From positions 28,024,001 to 28,088,000 of the forward strand of contig OX442314.1 of assembly GCA_949358305.1 (NCBI GenBank): a stretch of 64,000 bases of DNA, given 5' to 3'. The notes under the pieces were generated by a model, which saw only the letters and a program-made list of their open reading frames with translations, was not told the origin of the DNA and did not search any database. Shown one piece after another: positions 60,501 through 64,000 of this stretch. A program made the translations under genes and the position numbers. The stretch comes from Strigamia acuminata (Eukaryota). Positions within the stretch are counted from its first letter, which is position 1; each line of letters begins with the position of its first letter.

Positions 60501-61841
60501 GACATCCTTTACTCCGTTATTCACTTATCGCAGTATAATACCTGTTACAATAAGACCCACATTCGAGCATTACTTCAAGTCTTGCAGTACGTGGCAAACA
60601 CCGCAGACTTTTGTATCAAACTATCGGGCTGTACATCTTCACAATTGTGGGCTTACACCGACGCTTCGTGGGCATGCAATCCGGAGACATCATTGAGTTT
60701 CGGCGGCTATATTACTTTCATCGGCAACATTCCAATCGGCTGGTCCTGTCGTAAACAGTCGACCGTGGCATGCTCAACAATGGAAGCAGAATTTATCGCC
60801 CTTGTTGAGTGTGTCAAGGAGCTTTACTGGTTGGACCACGTTTATCTTCAATTTCCGATCCTCAATCGATTATCGCGACCCGTCATTTATTCCGACGCTC
60901 TCTCGGCCATACAGTTTACTTCCAACGATGTCGAAACTTCGAAAACTCGACATATTCGTGTACGTTATCATTGGCTCAGGGAGTGGTATATGGCGGGACG
61001 TTTCGAACTCCGCAAAGTGCCCGGCGATCTCAACGTCGCCGACATCTTCACGAAGTGGCTCGGATCGGAACGTTTACAATCGTTGATTTCTCGGATTTTC
61101 CGATTGTAACTTTATTGCGACATTCCTAATTTAGTTTTTCCCGATTATGAGAGTCATCGAGATCAGTGGGAATATTCGGGCTTCCGTAGAGTTTTACAAT
61201 TATAGTACCCGGCTCGGTGATTCGACTTTATTATTTCCATTTTGTTTAATGTTTACACTGTAATTCCAGTATGTGTTTATATTTCCCCGAACATTTAAGA
61301 TCGAAGGGGGGATTTGTTGGTCTAAAGACCGTCTTATTTCGATATCAAATGTTAATTCTTTCTCTATTTAACTTTCAAATGTATTATCTCGATATTTTCT
61401 TATATATCTCGCTTTTACACACATTGTGTGCTGTCCCGTATGTAATTCCATACAAGTGTTTTCTATTTTGATATGATTTGTTCTTTTGTTTTGACAAGTT
61501 ATGTCAATTACTGTCACCAGAGTGCTGTGACACTCTTCTCTCAATCCAAGATGGCGCAACACACGGGCGTGTGTTGTTTGACTACATTTTCACCATTATA
61601 TGTAAGATATATTGTTTTTATTAAAGTGTTTATTATTTTTACATATAGTCTGTTGATTTAAAGCACTCCGTGTGCTCAGTTTGCGCATATAAGTGTCCTT
61701 AAGACACGCGCTTGTTTTCAAATCGATACACGTATCGATAGCGTCATGCGGGTCGCACGACGCCATTTTCTGGGTTTAATTTACGCTTCTGGTCGGCATT
61801 TCGGTCACCACTGCGCGCTCCTCTGCTACCGGTTACCTACA
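54579..61841 (+). mobile_element. Full-length intact Ty1/Copia retrotransposon carrying an MBD (CopiaMBD-like)
   Basis: 527-bp LTRs at 54579-55105 and 61315-61841 (one difference seen). 5-bp TSD GAAGA. tRNA-iMet PBS at 55108. PPT GAAGGGGGGA. Confidence 0.96.
56151..61109 (+). CDS. gag-pol: Copia Gag-Pol polyprotein (Gag-PR-IN-MBD-RT-RNaseH), 1652 aa
   Basis: Motifs CFNCDQMGHYANKC, WIVDCGA, WHSRLGH..CNDC, HMDLWGP, RSDRGGEF, AERINR, MBD-like WRREEHLRK..TDVYYFP..RLRS, YVDD, YTDASW, ADIFTK. Confidence 0.96.
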   Translation: MHKSGDSSSKIPVLGVGNYEQWQRSMRMLLKSEGLWRHVTEEKEVEHLATLTEKEKDRYMTKKDKALGHIYIQVSEPKRSVLDTCNTPKEAWDALAKIYAPSSRARRAAMRWEFLNLQIGPNEDMPDFIARVDHYVRQLKDVKEETSPDHHAYQYLKGLPPEYAQATFAIYHWPDDKFTPTLVAEQLISEQSRLRSAGLLRTTPPTAHASAKGQFRQRNKSGARDLSTIRCFNCDQMGHYANKCPHPRRENPNPNQSTASVQRSSRSKSRRRNKTAVAKVEDTRPRGSSRPIRKGTFFCSAPQVVERPVAHFIQSNEWIVDCGATDHVTHVRALFTDFTNIPPFDIELGQGKSQVTGRRTVQLLTSVDDADCVLDLTNVLYAPNFEANLISVSKIDKTRHHIHIFNGEVNVYESDYRLPIIRAKERGGLYYLDGLCSAPISSTTVSTATPPTIQPVKTMVTTEVDFDNVPKPVNGKQKQREITDYRFDLPAVESVKAIPTQPIPNLTDPTHFPVLTPIPPPVIVNPTTQSYSDALQFLPTSPPPGNLPPSQKKVIANPASVKDATGLWHSRLGHLHTNAMKLLAANDQVYGLQPAEVRQELSCNDCRIAKSTRASHKPDPNPCTSKPLDLLHMDLWGPAPLTSLGGSDYVFTIIDDATRYTWIIPLAQKSQTFGAFKDFVARVERIQNTRVKAIRSDRGGEFMSNEFLNYLKEKGIQGQRTNPASPQMNGTAERINRTMADSVRSLISETQLPDDLWAELAVTFAYVKNRSPHSRLNNQIPYILWRQRALSLRHLRKMGSKCWVHYTAPGRKKLDPRAWEGYLVGYATGTRGYRVWNPVEDRVYKTVHVKIDERQSYRKSLRGASQRPEETFSDVGQQSVSFNDNVQFHDWPRGSDSEHSDHSDDDSDNGGASHASGVSTSHSVHTPVIQLPPPTTPEQLLLDACALQLPSSASLGHSQSYPILYQEGDTDDDIADFDDQAILPRTSDFTGTSAEQSPRQSPPGSPARYITYRRKTRGADLSHTVSVFDDTPMSPAPIQHIVGTEVLPATDRHTAYIWRPIGGDSECSDWRREEHLRKDQVPGSIKTDVYYFPMPGIRLRSQRDVDEYCMLNNIDYDPSLFIWSNIEYTLPTIPGARHAAHLCRTEPASYAEIPKFSDAPKWREAIKEELDTFTEREVYLEVPRPPDTTILGCKWLFKLKPDAAGTITRYRARLVAQGFRQTLGVDYDEVFSPVVNFVLIRLFFCLLVVLRGWKDAHLDVKCAYLYGELKHKVYMRIPAGATCSNPNNVWLLIKSLYGLHQSGRQWFEKLDETLRDLGFRRMPACNCVYVFGNSAIMLVYVDDIILFYASDSVFDQLIRLISSKFQIVNLGPITKLLGVEFIRDMGRTFISQRAYIAKIIKKFGTSTNKLVKVPVTPGTTLVRGSTENLEDFPYRSLIGSLLFLASRTRPDILYSVIHLSQYNTCYNKTHIRALLQVLQYVANTADFCIKLSGCTSSQLWAYTDASWACNPETSLSFGGYITFIGNIPIGWSCRKQSTVACSTMEAEFIALVECVKELYWLDHVYLQFPILNRLSRPVIYSDALSAIQFTSNDVETSKTRHIRVRYHWLREWYMAGRFELRKVPGDLNVADIFTKWLGSERLQSLISRIFRL

Positions 61842-62349
61842 GAAGAGCCTCGATTTATTCGAGAAGATTTCGGATCTCACATCCGAAATAGCGCTTTCTC
61901 CAGCTTTTCGAGAAAGCTGCGCCGTGCCTTCATTTGCACGAGGATCGCATCCGCGATTGATTCGTCTATTTCTCCTTCTTTCGACTTTACCTTTGTTAGA
62001 ATTAAGGGTATTTTGGTGTGGGACCTTATTAGATTCGACACAGCTCTTCGGGCATTCCGTCCACCGCTGTGTTTGTATTTTGTGACAAGGCTGAGCCCTG
62101 CGCCACCTAGCATTCCCGTGATCCCAGGTGGTCGTAAAGGACGCTAGGGGGACACTTGTCACAAGCTATCAGCTGATTGTAGCATCAGCTCCCCGTTGAA
62201 GGTTTCCGCCTCGAAAGTGTGTGTGAAGTGCTTCAGTTCAGTGCTCCGAAACGAAGTCAACGTTCTGTGCAGTGCCATTCTCCATTTTCTACCGTACCAT
62301 TCCTTGAGTCAGTGTATTTGTCGCGTTGTGTCGAGTTTTCCACTCCGCA

Positions 62350-64000
62350 ATGAAGAAAGCGTCGGAATTATCGGGCGGAACGGTTCCCGTACTCACCGTT
62401 GGGAACTATGAATCCTGGCAGCGCTTGATGCGCATGCTTCTAAAATCCGAAGGTTTATGGAGACACGTGACCGAGGAAAAGGAGGCCGAGCACCTTGCAA
62501 CTTTAAATGAAAAGGAAAAGGATCGTTATGCTGTGAAAAAGGACAAAGCACTTGGTCACATATATATTCACGTCAGTGAAGCGAAACGATCGGCCCTTGA
62601 TGCTTGCAATACACCTAAGCAAGCATGGGACAAGTTGGCCACCATTTATGCACCGAGTTCCAGGGCCAGACGAGCGGCCATGAGATGGGAATTTTTGAGC
62701 CTCCAACTCAAACCTGGTGAAGACATGCCTGATTTCATCGGCCGTATGGACCATTTTGTTCAACAATTAAAAGACGTTGGTGAAAATGTCTCAGAAGAAC
62801 ATCATTCTTTCCAATATCTCAAGGGTTTACCACCGGAATATTCCCAGGCCACGTTTGCAGTATACCACTGGCCCGACGCGAACTTTACTCCAACCAAAGT
62901 GGCGGAACAGTTATTGTCCGAGCAGATGCGTTTAAAGGCAATGGGATTGACTAACCAACCGTCTGCACATACCTCGAAAGGACAGTTTCGCCAGCGTAAT
63001 CAATCTCGCGGACCTCGCGATTTGTCTAAAATCAAGTGTTTTAACTGTGATCAAATGGGTCACTACGCTAATCGTTGCCCTCAACCACCACGTAGAGACA
63101 GGAATCAGTCCACAGCTTCTGTTCAGCGTTCGTCGCGAAGTAAAAGTCGCAGACGTAATAAAAATGCCGCTGCCAAAGTTGAAGACAATCGTCCACGCGG
63201 AAGTTCACGTCCGAAGCGAGAGGGGACATTCTTTTGCAGTGCTCCGCAGATTATTGAGCGTCCTACGGTCCATTTCATGCAATCCAATGAATGGATCGTG
63301 GATTGCGGGGCAACAGATCACGTTTCTCACGTGCGTGACTGGTTTACAGACTTTTCGAATGTCCAGCCATTTGATATTGCGTTAGGCCAAGGCAAATCAC
63401 AGGTGACAGGACGAGGGACAGTTCAATTGCTCACGTCGGTCGACGGCGCGGATTGCACCATCAATTTGAAGAACGTTCTCTTTGCGCCGAATTTCGAAGC
63501 CAATTTGATTTCGGTGTCAAAGATTGATAAGACAAATCATCATGTGCATTTCTTCAATGGAGAGGTGAATGTTTATCAAACAGACTTCCGTTCACCTATT
63601 ATTCGTGCGAGAGAACGCGGTGGATTATATTATTTGGACGGTTTATGCTCAACGCATCTTGTGACGCCAATTGTTTCAACAATTAATCAACCGCCAGTCC
63701 AAATAACACTCCAACCTGTGCAAACACTTGTCACATCGGAAGTAGATTTCGACAACGTGCCAAAGCCAAAGAGGGGGAAGCAAAAGCAGCGGGAAATTTC
63801 AGACTTTCGCATAACTTTGCCCGCTATCGAACCAGCGAAGCAAATGCCAGTTCAACAAATTCCTAACCCTCCTTTACCTGCACAAGTTATCGTTCCTCCA
63901 CCTACCCAGAAAAATCCTGATATCCAATCCTATGTTGACATTCTAAAATCCTTGCCACATGCCTTCCTACCTAGCGAAACCTCTAATCCAAAACAGAAGG
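62350..64000 (+). CDS. gag-pol: Gag-Pol of the outer Copia (partial, open to window end)
   Basis: MKKASELSGGTVPVLTVGNYESWQRLMRMLLKSEG... is collinear with the inner element's Gag/PR. The frame stays open to 64000. Confidence 0.9.
   Translation, partial: MKKASELSGGTVPVLTVGNYESWQRLMRMLLKSEGLWRHVTEEKEAEHLATLNEKEKDRYAVKKDKALGHIYIHVSEAKRSALDACNTPKQAWDKLATIYAPSSRARRAAMRWEFLSLQLKPGEDMPDFIGRMDHFVQQLKDVGENVSEEHHSFQYLKGLPPEYSQATFAVYHWPDANFTPTKVAEQLLSEQMRLKAMGLTNQPSAHTSKGQFRQRNQSRGPRDLSKIKCFNCDQMGHYANRCPQPPRRDRNQSTASVQRSSRSKSRRRNKNAAAKVEDNRPRGSSRPKREGTFFCSAPQIIERPTVHFMQSNEWIVDCGATDHVSHVRDWFTDFSNVQPFDIALGQGKSQVTGRGTVQLLTSVDGADCTINLKNVLFAPNFEANLISVSKIDKTNHHVHFFNGEVNVYQTDFRSPIIRARERGGLYYLDGLCSTHLVTPIVSTINQPPVQITLQPVQTLVTSEVDFDNVPKPKRGKQKQREISDFRITLPAIEPAKQMPVQQIPNPPLPAQVIVPPPTQKNPDIQSYVDILKSLPHAFLPSETSNPKQK

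Larger units (their letters stand above)
53666..64000 (+). mobile_element. Outer Ty1/Copia element (sister lineage of the inner one), runs off the window
   Basis: 5' LTR 53666-54183 (TGTTGGTC...CCTACA). PBS TGGTAGCAGAGGATGGTT (tRNA-iMet) at 54186. The leader is interrupted at 54578 and resumes at 61842. Confidence 0.88.

Overview
AT-rich, intron-containing eukaryotic DNA. It is very likely an arthropod, and a myriapod or chelicerate is my inference from the MBD-bearing Copia. The host component is a tandem array of three divergent ionotropic-receptor (IR/iGluR-like) genes on the + strand. Copy 1 (1359-7447, 11 exons, ~580 aa) looks intact. Copy 2 (11592-14724) lacks its last two exons. Copy 3 (14910-37947+) lacks exon 1, is a copy2/copy1 mosaic and has an LTR element inside exon 5. 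The rest is a deep nest of transposons. It holds two long-LTR Ty3/Gypsy elements with 4-bp TSDs: 16395-28786 (defective) and 38539-52026 (intact, carrying an extra spliced non-env two-ORF cassette after pol). It also holds a Mag-type Gypsy (31662-36552) plus a fragment of a second, an intact Ty1/Copia with a methyl-CpG-binding domain inside Pol (54579-61841) nested in the leader of a sister Copia, and many MITEs and Tc1-mariner/hAT remnants. Most notable are the MBD-Copia, the Gypsy 3' accessory cassette with a TURBS-like stop/start junction and three repeated hairpins, a Pol II CTD-like heptad ORF in the other Gypsy, and IR genes that appear to lack the M2 pore loop. All calls come from manual reading; no searches were run.
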